Shown here: piece by piece, positions 40,477 to 52,547 of the stretch
How the letters are laid out: the number at the start of each line of letters is the position of its first letter
Numbering within the stretch: the stretch's first letter is position 1
DNA from: Eledone cirrhosa
Taxonomy: Eukaryota
DNA: 64,000 nt
Reading direction: 5' to 3'
Assembly (NCBI GenBank): GCA_964016885.1
Contig: OZ024744.1
Coordinates: 105,772,001-105,836,000, forward strand
Translations under genes and position numbers: made by a program
The notes under the pieces: generated by a model
What the model was told of the DNA's origin: nothing
What the model saw: only the letters and a program-made list of their open reading frames with translations
Databases searched by the model: none

Positions 40477-41829
40477 GTGAGTAGCAATTTCTTTAAAATA
40501 ACATTTCTGTTGTAATTAGGGAATCATCAAATAGTGTGGCATTTAAACTGAGTCAGTAGAGCATTGGATTAAATTACTTGTGGTATTAGTTTTGACTCCT
40601 TGTTTTCTGGGTTCAAATCACATCAAAGTCAACACTGCCTTCCATCCTTTTGAGATCAATAAATAAAGTAACAGTCAAGTGCAATTGATTAGTAGAAATG
40701 TTAGTGTTAGATAGGATACTTTGCAGTGCTTGTTCTATCTCTCTGTGTTCTCAATTCAAATCCCACCCCCTCCTATTAGGAAAATGGTGACATGATAGGA
40801 CTAGAGCCTCTATCATAGTATGCACCATCATTAATTCTTAATGTCCTGTTCCACATGAAACCACATTAACAAAACATCCTGAAAAGTACAAAACAACACT
40901 ATGAGTGCATTACAAACACCTGACAAAGAACAGAAGGCAAACTGAGAGAAATATGTTACATGGAGCAAACCACAGGGATTTGCTAAAGATCAGAGAGATT
41001 GGTGTTGAAATGTCAAAGCCTTATTTCATTATTAAGAAGAAAAAGAAGAGTGTTAATAAGGGTTTCTGATTTAGGCACAAGGCCAGCAATTTTGGGGAGG
41101 GGAAAGTTGATTAAATTGACCCAGTGCATTACTGGTACTTTATTTTATTGACCCTATAAGGATGAAAGGCAAAGCTAACCTTGGCGTGATTTGAACTCAG
41201 AACTTAATCAGTCGCAACTCAATGCTGCAAAACCTGTTGTCCAGCGCTCTACCGATTACTATGAGTCTGCTGTTCTATAGCATAGTGTTAATAATAATAA
41301 TAATGGTTATTGTATTTAAATATATTAATTAAATTATGTATTATTTTTACATATGGAATATAAAATATAGTTGGTCACAGAGCTAGATATGGATATAAAT
41401 TACATAAATATTACATATAATGTGTGAAGGTATGTGGCATAGTGGTTAGGGTGGTGAGCTCAGAATCATAAGGTAATACGTTTAGTCAATGTGTTGTGTC
41501 CTTGAGCAAGACACTTTATTTCATATTGCTCCAGTACACTAAGATGGTAAATTACATCTGTAATTCAAGGTGTCACACACAGCAACATGCTAAATCTCCC
41601 TGAGAACTATGTTAAGTGTGCACATGTTTGTGGAATGCTCAGCCACTTACATGTTAATTTCATGAGCAGGCAGTTCTGTTGATTGAATTAACTGGAGTAC
41701 TTGCCATTGGAAATTATGGAGGTTCAACAACAACATTGTTTTAACATACACTTTCCCTGCTAGCAACAGTTCAATAACTGCTAATTGTTAAATGAAAGCA
41801 GTATTGGAAAGGACTATAAATGCCATAAA

Positions 41830-42100
41830 TGAGAGGAAAAGAGCAAGAACTACTAGACAAAGGAGAAAGGGTGACAGACTCTACACCTTGGTTAGAGTGG
41901 TGTTTCAGCTGTGCCCTGGTAAAGGCCAGCGACACAACAGCCACCCCCACCTTGCAAGACTCCTTCCTCAGATGGGTTGTTATTAATCCAATTTTGCAGA
42001 AGAGGTCAGCTGTCCAGGGTCCGAGGACACTTATAGTCTCAGCAGTGACCAATGTAACAAGGAAGTCATCATCCAACAACTTCAGCTGGACTCAGCTCAA
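41830..42100 (-). mobile_element. Old, degenerate 3' fragment of the CRE-like retroelement family
   Basis: FLVTLVTAETISVLGPWTADLFCKIG aligns with FLFTPGAVETSGVLEPRTANLLHKIG at 43774-43998. Confidence 0.65.
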
Positions 42101-42159
42101 AACGGCGTCACCCAGCCCCAGCAAACAAGGTCAATGGCAGGCCCATGAGGCATTCATTG

Positions 42160-42860
42160 TGGTCATCCAGTGTGGGGCTCCAGAAGTGAAATCTGATTTC
42201 GTATTGATATGGGCTTGTCGCATGGAGAGTGACCGGCTCCGAAACTGAGGTGCTGCTGTGAGAAGGGGAGCTACGCGGCATCCAACACCTGAAGTGAGAG
42301 GGGCCCACTGTCTTAAGGGTTCGGCAGGGCCAACTGGCCTATCCCTTCACATAGTAGTGCCATCAAGACCCAATGCTTCCAGAATGTGGTTTCATATTGA
42401 GAAGGGTTCATCAGATGGAGAGTGTCCAGCACCGGTATGAGATGGGTTCGGCGCGGCCAACTGGCCAATCCCTCCTCATAATGAACTGAAGGTCCGATGT
42501 GTGAAGTTTTTTGGTGTTGTATTGAGTAAGGGGGCTGCTGCTGTGAGAAGGGTTTGGCGCAACCAACTGGCCTTTCCCTCCTCATAGTGTTGCCATTCAG
42601 TCCCAGGCTCCCCAAATGTGGTTTCATATTGAGAAGGGTTTGTTGTGTGGAGAGTGACTGGCTCTGAAATTGGGGTGCTGCAGTGAGAAGGGTTCAATGT
42701 GGCCAACTGGCCTGTCCTTCCTCATAGCGGTGTCATCCTGTGTCGGGCCCTGAGACTGTGGTTCTGCTGCAAGATCCAATACCTGAACTGATGGGTGTGC
42801 CGCTGTGAGAAGGGTTTGGTGTGGCCAACTGACCTGTCCTTCCTCATAGCGGTGCCATCC
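42160..42860. repeat. GC-rich composite repeat with five hairpin motifs; 42382-42854 duplicated at 45629-46101
   Basis: Near-identical 473-bp direct repeat; motif gctgtgagaaggg...ccaactggcc...cctcatag. Confidence 0.85.
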
Positions 42861-42879
42861 AATGCCAAGATAAATCCCT

Positions 42880-43622
42880 TATCTCAGCCACAAACCCCGG
42901 TACTGCAGTGTCAAGGACAGTATGATAAACAAATACCGTGGTCTAGTTTTTGTTGACTTTAGAAAAACTTTTGACAGCATAATCAGACATTCTGTTTGAA
43001 ATTCTACCCTTGTATGGCATACTAACAAGACTTGTGGAAGCAATTAAGGCTCTGTATCTCAACACAAGTGCCACTATCATCACCCCTGATGGCTAAACAG
43101 AGTTCTTTGACATCTCAGCAGGTGTGCTGCAGGATGACACTCTTGCCCCATTCCTCTTCATCATTGCCCTAGACTACACCCTGAGATTCTCAATTGACAA
43201 AATCAATAACAAAGGTATAACCATCAAACCCCGCATGAGCTCTAGGCACCCCTCTAAACATCTCACTGACCTTGACTTTGTGGATGACATTGCGCTTGTA
43301 GATTGCCTAGAAAATGCACAACTTTTGACATCTCTCCAGGATGCAGCCACCCTCGTTGGCCTTCATCTCAGTGAGGGTAAAACAGAGTACATATCAAACT
43401 GTACAGGTAACAGCATCAAAGCAATCAACAGCAGTGGCATCAAGCAAGTCGAGGATTTCAAGTATCTTGGGTCCTGGATCATGGACTCTGAGAAGGATTT
43501 CGCCACCAGAAAAGCCCAAGCATGGTCAGCTTGCAACAAGATGAAACGAGTTTGGCACTCAAATCTTTCCAACCATGCCCAAATCAGACTCTTTCAAGTA
43601 ACAATTCAACCAATCTTGCTAT
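42880..43622 (+). mobile_element. Non-LTR retrotransposon RT fragment (RTE-like), pseudogenised
   Basis: VFVDFRKTFDSI, GVLQDDTLAPFLF, DFVDDIAL, VEDFKYLGS; in-frame stops upstream. Confidence 0.85.
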
Positions 43623-43624
43623 AA

Positions 43625-45115
43625 CGAAAAAATAAAAGAAAAGGGGAAACAAAAGGAAAGAATAGGGGAATATAGAAAAAATAGAGAAAGAAAGAAGAAA
43701 AAGAACAGGAGGGGGAGAGGATGGCAAGACTCTGATGTCGCAGAAGAGTGAGGTGGGTGATAGGGCTTTGGGTCTAGAGTAAGAGGGCAGAATTGCAGCG
43801 CCCCACTGACAAGACGGCAAAAGCATTCCCCCGGACGATGGCCAATGACACCCTCTGCAACAGCCACCCAACCTCGCGGGGCTCCCTCCTCAGACGGGTT
43901 GCCGATGCTCCGATCTTGTGGAGGAGGTTGGCAGTACGGGGTTCAAGTACGCCTGAGGTCTCAACAGCGCCCGGAGTGAAGAGGAAGTGGCCAGACAAAC
44001 CCCGGTATTTGTTTATTTTACGTTCTTCTGCGAGGCTGGCTGCAATGCCGGGGTTTTGGGCCGAAGTGACTCAGTTGCAAGCGGAGAACATGTCGCAGCA
44101 GGTGGCGTCCCAGATAAGGGATCTACCTCCTTCGAATGGGAAGAGAGAGATTCTGTCGGGGTGCTTACCATCTCCGCAGTCTAGGCCTGCTGGAGGGAAG
44201 GCCGACTGCGTCCAGGCTTCTTCTCAATATGGCATTGAGAGTGGCACGTTGGGGGAACCAGCCTGCACTCTGGCAGCAAGACAGAGGGTGCAGGCTCAAC
44301 TTGTCAACAACCGCCCTGCAGATGACAAGGCGTTGGGCTACTCCAATGCAAGTGCATTCATCATCAAGAAGGGTACTGGTTGATGAGGAGGGCACCGATT
44401 TGAACCATGCACCACTGTGGGGCTGAGAAGCGGAGCGGAGACAAGCGAGACGATGTTGGTCCAAGCCAGACTCGATCCGCCTGACAGAAGACCTGCAATT
44501 GATGTTGTCCCAGTTACGTTAGACCGTAGCATACTTGGGTATAGAGAGGCCTTCTCCTCTCCAGTAGGTCAGAGCCTGTTCCATCTCAGGGGCCAGGTCA
44601 GGTTTGGCTGTCTGGCTAAGAACCTCATTGACGAGAGTGCGACAGGAGGAGATAGAGGAGAGGTAGGCAGGTAAAGCTAGATTCGAAGCAGATCGGAGGC
44701 CGAGCACACCGAACCTCGCTGGGAATGCCACCTGTTGCCAGCCTGCACTGTCAATATTGACATTGCAGATGAGTTCCACACACCATCAAATGGTGGTGTC
44801 AAATTCCCTGAGAAGATCTGCATGGGGGTGGCAAGATGCACCACGCAGTGTGAATGTGAGTTTGGGGAGGGCGAAACAGTTCCTCAAGAGGAAGAGCGCG
44901 GGGTGAGCGTCAATGAGGCTCAGCCTTTCTGCTAATTGAGACAAATCCACGTGCTTGGTCTCCAGGAATTCTCTTATGGCTTTCAGGAGAATGGGGGTGC
45001 CAAGAATGCATGCGGTGTCCTTGGGGATCGGCCGAGAACCGGCCAGGAAGAGGTGGGAGCAGAGTACGGTGTTGCGGAATTCGGCCTCTCTGTAGCTGAT
45101 GTTTTGATTCATTAT
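43625..45115 (-). mobile_element. 5'-truncated CRE-like non-LTR retrotransposon with C-terminal restriction-like endonuclease region
   Basis: FPARFGVLGLR thumb, GAWF..VP, zinc-knuckle-like region, DGISLFPFEGGRSLIWDATC, AEERK..KY, VETSG, LQRVSLAIVRGN; frameshifted. Confidence 0.75.
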
Positions 45116-45119
45116 TGAA

Positions 45120-45302
45120 TTGGCAGTATTGGTAGAGGGTCGGACGCCATGCTTTGACGCATAGAGTTACGTCCCTTTACGATCTGAGTTCAAATCCCGC
45201 CGAGGTTGACTTTGCCTTTCATCCTTACGGGGTCGATAAAATAAAGTACCAGTAATGCACTGGGTAATTGCTGGCCTTGTGCCTAAAGTAGAAACAATTA
45301 TT
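45120..45302 (+). mobile_element. SINE family B, apparently full length; other copies or fragments at 2262-2372, 16634-16738, 18340-18450, 18518-18700, 41055-41270(-), 51415-51582, 63388-63490(-)
   Basis: tggcagtattggtagag A box, gagttcaaatccc B box, (ATT)n-like tail. Confidence 0.8.
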
Positions 45303-45949
45303 TGTATATATGTATCATCATCGTTTAACGTTTTTTTTTTGTTTTATAAAAGAAAAAGCTCTATTTAGATTATCTATCTCCTTTTTATCATCATCATCAT
45401 CATCATTGTTTAACGTCTATCTTCCACGCTAGCATGGGTTAGACGGGAATTATCCCACTTGAGGTAAGATTGGTTGGGTAACCATGTCTTGCTCATATAG
45501 GACTATCTGGCAGGTTTTCTACGGTTGGATGCCCTTCTTAACACCAACCACATTTACAGTGCGGACTGGGAGCTTTTTGCCGTGTTACCTACACACCACA
45601 TTACTGCGTGGACTGTGTGTTTTTTATTGAATGTGGTTTCATATTGAGAAGGGTTCATCAGATGGAGAGTGCCCAGTGCCGGTATGAGATGGGTTCGGCG
45701 CAGCCAACTGGCCAATCCCCCCTCATAATGAACTGAAGGTCCGATGTGTGAAGTTTTTTGGTGTTGTATTGAGTAAGGGGACTGCTGCTGTGAGAAGGGT
45801 TTGGCGCAACCAACTGGCCTTTCCCTCCTCATAGTGTTGCCATTCTGTCCCAGGCTCCCCAAATGTGGTTTCATATTGAGAAGGGTTTGTCGTGTGGAGA
45901 GTGACTGGCTCTGAAATTGGGGTGCTGCAGTGAGAAGGGTTCAATGTGG

Positions 45950-46326
45950 CCAACTGGCCTGTCTCTCCTCATAGCGGTGTCGTCCTGTGTCGGGCCCTGA
46001 GACTGTGGTTCTGCTGCAAGATCCAATACCTGAACTGATGGGTGTGCCGCTGTGAGAAGGGTTTGGTGTGGCCAACTGACCTGTCCTTCCTCATAGCGGT
46101 GTCATCCTGTGTCGGGCCCTGAGACTGTGGTTCTGCTGCAAGATCCAATACCTGAACTGATGGGTGTGCCGCTGTGAGAAGGGTTTGGTGTGGCCAACTG
46201 ACCTGTCCTTCCTCATAGCGGTGTCATCCTGTGTCGGGCCCTGAGACTGTGGTTCTGCTGCAAGACCCAATACCTGAACTGATGGGTGTGCCGCTGTGAG
46301 AAGGGTTTGGTGTGGCCAACTGACCT
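45950..46326. repeat. 123-bp tandem repeat, ~3 copies
   Basis: cctcatagcggtgtc at 45967, 46089 and 46212. Confidence 0.9.
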
Positions 46327-46471
46327 CATTAGTTTGGACTGGACGTTGTGGTACCAACATAACTTTACAGAGAAAGGGTGGTGTTGCTGTGAGTGGGAGG
46401 TTGGTGTAGGGGTAGAGGGTTGGGGTGTAATGTGTGCGTGTGTGTCTGTGTTTGTATGTATATATATGTAT

Positions 46472-46733
46472 GTGTTGTTTCCTTGAGCAAGACACTTTAT
46501 TTCACAGTGCTCCAGTTTACTCAGCTGTAGAAATGAGATGATAGAGACTGGGGTCCCTATCATTCCACTGTAAAGTGGATGTGGAGGTACCACGGCAAAA
46601 AAGCACCCAGCACTCACTGTAAATGAGGTTGGTGTTAGGAAGGGCATCCAGCTGTAGAAATCAAGCCAGCATCAGTTCCCGTCCCACCCTTGCAAGCAAG
46701 CAGGGAAAAGTGGACGTAAAAATGATGATGATG
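46472..46733 (+). mobile_element. 5'-truncated SINE family A with (ATG)n tail
   Basis: Reverse complement of 7691-7965. Confidence 0.85.
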
Positions 46734-47282
46734 TATGTTAGTAACTAGACATTCTCTTGGTTATTGGTATATTTATTATTAAATTAAGCTTCCATAACTT
46801 TTGTGTTGTTTTTCTATTAATATTAATATTATAATTGTTATTACTTCAATTAATATATATTATTAAACTGATATCGTCTATAGCTGTAAATGAATACTAT
46901 ATGTATATCAGTGTGTAATAGTTTCAGTATTATATCTATACTTACTACACGTTTTATCTTTATTACTAATAAATATTTAATTGCGTGTTTAGTCTTCCAT
47001 AAAGTTTTAACGTTTTTCCAACTGTATTTATGTATTTTAAATTTGTTTACATTTTCGGGATTGAGATGTATGCGTTCCGTTTTGGACTGGTAAATATGAA
47101 TGTTATTTAATAGATTCCGAAGAGATTGAAATAACAGGTATATCTATTCCAAAAGGTTCGTTAATCGATTAAATAATTTAATTAAATTTAATCCTGGTTA
47201 TTTTGTTCATACATATATATTAAAATAACGGATTAAAGTTTAAGCAAACAATCGCTGCTTTCACCCTTGTTTGTTTGCTCTA

Positions 47283-47366
<84 letters not shown>

Positions 47367-47519
47367 CCACTGCATTTTAAGTTACCTTAAATAGCAACTA
47401 CACAGCCATTTCTATTCTCTCTCTATATATATATATAGAGAGAGAGATATGTTTCTTTATTCATATATAGAGATAGATAGATAAATATACAAGGGTGTGT
47501 ATGATTGTGTATAGAAGAT

Positions 47520-47913
47520 TATATTAATGAAAGGAATTCCAACTTTATCTGATTTACTCGTTTTATTTACAATCCTTTAAAATTTATAATGGTATTATAA
47601 TGAAGTAATATGCTAGAATATTAAATGTTAAGTGTTAATTGAACAAGTGCTTTCATGCTTTCGCAATCTTCAGGTTCATAATGTGTGGTGACAGTCAAGT
47701 TTGCAATTTTCAACTGAGTTTCAATAGTTGAAAATTGCAAATTTGACTGTCACCACACATTATGAACCTGAAGATTGCGAAAGCATGAAAGTACTTGTTC
47801 AATTAACACTTAACATTTAATATTCTACCATACTATTTCATTATAATACCATTATAAATTTTAAAGGATTGTAAATAAAACGAGTAAATCAGACAAAATT
47901 GGAATTCCTCTTA

Positions 47914-47920
<7 letters not shown>
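47520..47920. mobile_element. Fold-back PLE-like element (~195-bp arms, 10-nt loop) with a minimal hammerhead in each arm, next to (TA)n
   Basis: Arms 47520-47715 and 47726-47920; AATAAA downstream of the motif. Confidence 0.8.
47763..47801 (+). ncRNA. Minimal type I hammerhead (CUU triplet, palindromic stem III)
   Basis: tgaac-CTGAAGA-t tgc gaaa gca t-GAAA-gtac-TT-gttca; mirror copy at 47640-47678 on - strand. Confidence 0.65.
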
Positions 47921-47967
<47 letters not shown>

Positions 47968-48009
47968 CGGATACCTTTTGATGGTCTTTAATTTTCTTCT
48001 ACAGCATGG

Positions 48010-48067
<58 letters not shown>

Positions 48068-48069
<2 letters not shown>

Positions 48070-48770
48070 TAAACGGAAAAAATGAAAACGAAATTTCATT
48101 TCTCACTCATAGTACTTGTCAGTGTTGAACAAAAAGAGCAACGATGGTTGCTAAACACTGTACGGCTTAATTCGGGATGTTTGTTTACAAACACACCGAG
48201 CATTATAATAAATGTTCGGTGAATCAATACGTACATATATATATATGTGTGCATGTATGTATATATATATATATATACTACTGTACGTCTGTATACATAT
48301 ATGTATGTACGTATACATACTTATATTTAAGTAACAGCCGTACTAAGAGTGAGAAATGAAATTTCGTTTCATTTTTTCCGTTTATCGTGTTCGGTGCGCC
48401 CGGCCAATTAACTCACTCGATATGCAAATTAGGCTGCTCAGCCGTTAATATCCATAAGGAAAGTAGATACTTTCAGACGGTCAACCATGTGGCAGGAAGG
48501 TATACGGTGCTGACGAGAGCTAAAAAGCTTGAAACTAGTACATCGTACCTTTGTCAGTGTTGAACAAAAAGGGCAACGATGGTTCCTAACACTGTACGGC
48601 TTAATTCGGGATGTTTGTTTACAAACACACCAAGCATTATAATAAATGTTCGGTGAATCCATACGTACATATATATATATATGTGCATGTATGTATATAT
48701 ATATACATACTAATGTACGTCTGTATACATATATGTATGTACGTATACATACTTATATATATATATATAT
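48068..48770 (+). mobile_element. PLE-like pLTR unit: inverted tail plus tandem copies with a hammerhead, TA-flanked
   Basis: 48070-48115 is inverted against 48340-48384; 48116-48326 is repeated at 48551-48757. Confidence 0.75.
48503..48547 (+). ncRNA. Type I hammerhead ribozyme, GUA triplet (site after 48540)
   Basis: tacggtg-CTGACGA-gagct aaaa agctt-GAAAC-ta-GTA-catcgta; 7-bp stem I, 5-bp stem II, palindromic ACTAGT stem III. Confidence 0.8.
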
Positions 48771-49439
48771 ATTGTAAAATTTTTACATAGATCTATATGA
48801 TATACATACCAACACACACATATATATCCTAGAAACGATCGTAAAATGATGAATTTTTTAATGTAAGGAACTGTTTCTTTGTTTTTATTCATTGTTTTTA
48901 TTAATTTCATCATCATCAGCAGCACCGTTTTACGTCCGTTCTTCCACGCTAGCATGGGTTAGACGGGTTGTCCTGTTGTCGGCAGTGTCTGGTCGGCTGA
49001 CCATGCCTTGCTCATACAGGAACTGATTTGGCTTGATTTCTACAGCTGGATGCCCTTCCTAACACCAACCTCATTTACAGTGAGTGCTGGGTGCGTTTTC
49101 GTGGCGCCTACACGTCCACTTTACAGTGTGGGCTGGGTGCTTTTTTGCCGTGGCACCTCCACGACCACCTTGCAGTGGGAGAGTGTGGGGGCATATTGTC
49201 TATATGCTTCAGCTTGTACCCATGGGAGGTCGGGTACTCTGTATTACTGCGTGACGCCAGAGGTCACGGTCGTGTGCCATCGCCTTTGAGAGGTGTAATT
49301 GGGTAAGGTCGGCTTTTATCACCTCATCCCAGGTCATCATAATTTATATATATATATATTATATATATATATAATATTATATATATATATTATATTATAT
49401 ATATATTATATTATATATATATATATATTATATTATATA

Positions 49440-50251
49440 CTAGCAGTAAAGCCCGGCGTTGCTCGGGGTCGCTCAGTAGCTGTGTTAAAGTTACAATGTT
49501 AAGTTTCTTTTTTGGCTTAAAAACTGTAGTGTCTACTGTGCAGACTTGCATGTGGTGTTTTTGATTAATATTCCCTCAACCAACAATATGCCTTATGAAG
49601 TTAAGAAAACATAACGATAACCCGAATGTTATAACAAAAGAGGATGCTGGGGATAAAAACTGCACTGGTTATTTATTAACAAATATCGAAAATGTAAACA
49701 CTGCAACGCAGAGAAAAACATTAGCGTAACCAAATTATCAGTTATGTCTGTCTGCACGCCTATATCACCTCTCTGCACGACTGTCTGTCTGCACGCCTAT
49801 ATCACCTCTCTGCACGACTGTCTGTCTGCACGCCTAACGACGAAATATTTGCTTGTTTTACGTAGTCTTTAAATAGACTTGTTTTCAAGTAAAAATATTG
49901 TTTTAAAATGCTTTTAAATGGAAATGAAGCAAAACGGAAGCTTAGTGTTCGAACTGATGAATTTTGCAGGTCAATGTTTTGCTGGCTCGACAACTGTTCG
50001 TAAAGCCAGCGTAATTTTTTACGTAAGACGCTCAATGTAAACAGAACAAAGGGAAATAACTGATCACTTACGCTCAAAAATCGATACATTATATTCGATT
50101 TCGTCAGATAGGGCGGGTCAATTTGAAATATTTTTTTTCCGATGTCTTCGCTAGGGCTCAATGTACAAGTATAGCAATTTCGGTGCAATTCCGTGAGAGA
50201 TTCTAAGAGGAGATGTGTGCCAAAAATCGATAGACAGACAGACAACCACAG
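49440..50251 (-). mobile_element. Non-autonomous Helitron-like element, inverted copy lacking the extreme 5' end
   Basis: CTAG terminus and cccggcgttgctcggg hairpin; reverse complement of 50387-51018 apart from indels. Confidence 0.75.
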
Positions 50252-50371
50252 TACATTGAGCCCTAGCGAAGACATCGGAAAAAAAATATTTCAAATTGAC
50301 CCACCCTATGTGACGAAATCGAATCTAATGTATCGATTTTTGAGCGTAAGTGACGAGTTATTTCCCTTTGT

Positions 50372-51018
50372 TCTATATATATAAAGCTGTGGTTGTCTGT
50401 CTGTCTATCGATTTTTGGCACACATCTCCTCTTAGAATCTCTGACGGAATTGCACCGAAATTGCTATACTTGTACATTGAGCCCTAGCGAAGACATCGGA
50501 AAAAAAATATTTCAAATTGACCCACCCTATGTGACGAAATCGAATCTAATGTATCGATTTTTGAGCGTAAGTGACGAGTTATTTCCCTTTGTTCTGTTTA
50601 CATTGAGCGTCTTACGTTCTGTTTACATTTTCTGCATGCAAAAATTAAAAAAATTACGCTGGCTTTCTCAGCGTTTAAAATGACACGAACAGTTGTCGAG
50701 CCAGCAAAATTTTGACCTGCAAAATTCATCAGTTCGAACACTAAGCTTCCGTTTTGCTTCATTTCCATTTAAAAGCCTTTTAAAACAATATTTTTACTTG
50801 AAAACAAGTCTATTTAAAGACTACGTAAAACAAGCAAATATTTCGTAAAAAAAAGCAAAAATTATATAAGTTTATTTAAAATATATGTATCTGTAAATTT
50901 CGTTAGGCGTGCAGACAGACAGTCGTGCAGACAGATTTTAAGCCAAAAAAGAAACTTAACATTGTAACTTTAACACAGCTACTGAGCGACCCCGAGCAAC
51001 GCCGGGCTTTACTCCTAG
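50372..51018 (+). mobile_element. Non-autonomous Helitron-like element
   Basis: 5' TCtatatatataaag; 3' cccgagcaacgccggg hairpin followed by CTAG then T. Confidence 0.8.
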
Positions 51019-51258
51019 TATTATATATATTATATTATATATATATATATTATAATATATATTATATTATATTATATATATATATTATATTATATATATA
51101 ATATATATATATATATGTTATATTATAATATTAAGGATACTATTTATGGTTATGTATATTTTAAACCCTAAACAGTGAAGGTCAGTAATTTATTACTACC
51201 TTATTACCAGTAAGATAAATAGCTCAATGTAATAACATCAGTTGTTCTACAGAGCAGT

Positions 51259-51400
51259 TATATAGAATTCACAAGAATCAAAGCTATGTTCAAAGCATTT
51301 ATTCACTTACAATTGTTTCATCCAAACCTAGGCTTGGATGAAACAATTGTAAGTGAATAAATGCTTTGAACATAGCTTTGATTCTTGTGAATTCTATATA
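51259..51400. repeat. 67-bp-arm palindrome carrying the 3' half of a hammerhead (GAAAC aatt GTA) and AATAAA
   Basis: Arms 51259-51325 and 51334-51400; loop acctaggc. Confidence 0.85.
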
Positions 51401-51663
51401 TTATATTACATATAAAGGGTCGGACGCCATGCTTTGACGCATAGAGTTACGGCCCTTGCCATTCTGAGTTCAAATCCCGCCGGGGTTAACTTTGCCTTTC
51501 ATCCTTATGGGGTCGATAAAATAAAGTACCAGTAATACACTGGGTAATTGCTGGCCTTGTGCCAAAAGTAGAAACAATTATATTACATATATAATATATA
51601 TATTATATATATAATATATATATTATATATATAATATATATATTATATTATATATATAATATA

Positions 51664-51714
<51 letters not shown>

Positions 51715-51884
51715 ATATATAATATTATATAATATATATATATATATAATATTATATATAATATTATATAATATATATATATATTATATAATATATAATA
51801 TTATATAATATATATAATATATATATATATTATATAATATATATTTATTATATATATTTATTATATATATATATTGTATTATAA

Positions 51885-52522
51885 ATAAATGGGGAAAATG
51901 AAACAAAATTTCATTTCTCACTCTTACTACGGCTGTTACTTAAATATAAGTATGTATACGTACATACATATATGTATACAGACGTACAGTAGTATGTATA
52001 TACATACATGCACACATATATATATATGTACGTATGGATTTACCGAACATTTATTATAATGCTCGGTTTGTTTGTAAACAAATATCCCGAATTAAGCCGT
52101 ACAGTGTAAACAAATATCCCGAATTAAGCCGTACAGTGTAAACAAATATCCCGAATTAAGCCGTACAGTGTTTAGCAAACATCGTTCAACACTGACAAAG
52201 CAACGATGTTCTAGTTTCAAGCTTATTAGCTATCGTCAGCACTGTATACCTTCCGGCCAGATGATTGAACGTCTGAAAGTATATACTTTCCTTATGCATA
52301 TTAATGGCTGAGCAGCCTAATTTGCACATTTAGTGAGTTAATCGACCGGACGGACCGAAACGATACGGCTTAATTCGGGATGTTTGTTTACAAACAAACC
52401 GAGCATTATAATAAATGTTCGGTAAATCCATACGTACATATATCTGTGTGCATGTATGTACATATATACGTACTACTGTACGTCTGTATACATATATGTA
52501 TGTACGTATACATACTTATATT
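51885..52522 (-). mobile_element. Second, inverted copy of the 48068-48770 PLE-like family, itself fold-back; hammerhead with mutated cleavage triplet at 52202-52246
   Basis: Reverse-complement similarity; CTGACGA...GAAAC-ta-GAA; internal 31-bp triplication. Confidence 0.75.
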
Positions 52523-52547
52523 ATATGTTATTATATATATATTATTT

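Noticed and set aside
47110-47148. CCGAAGA-gatt-GAAA flanked by atagat/atctat
   Set aside because: Core mutated, no stem II and weak stem III
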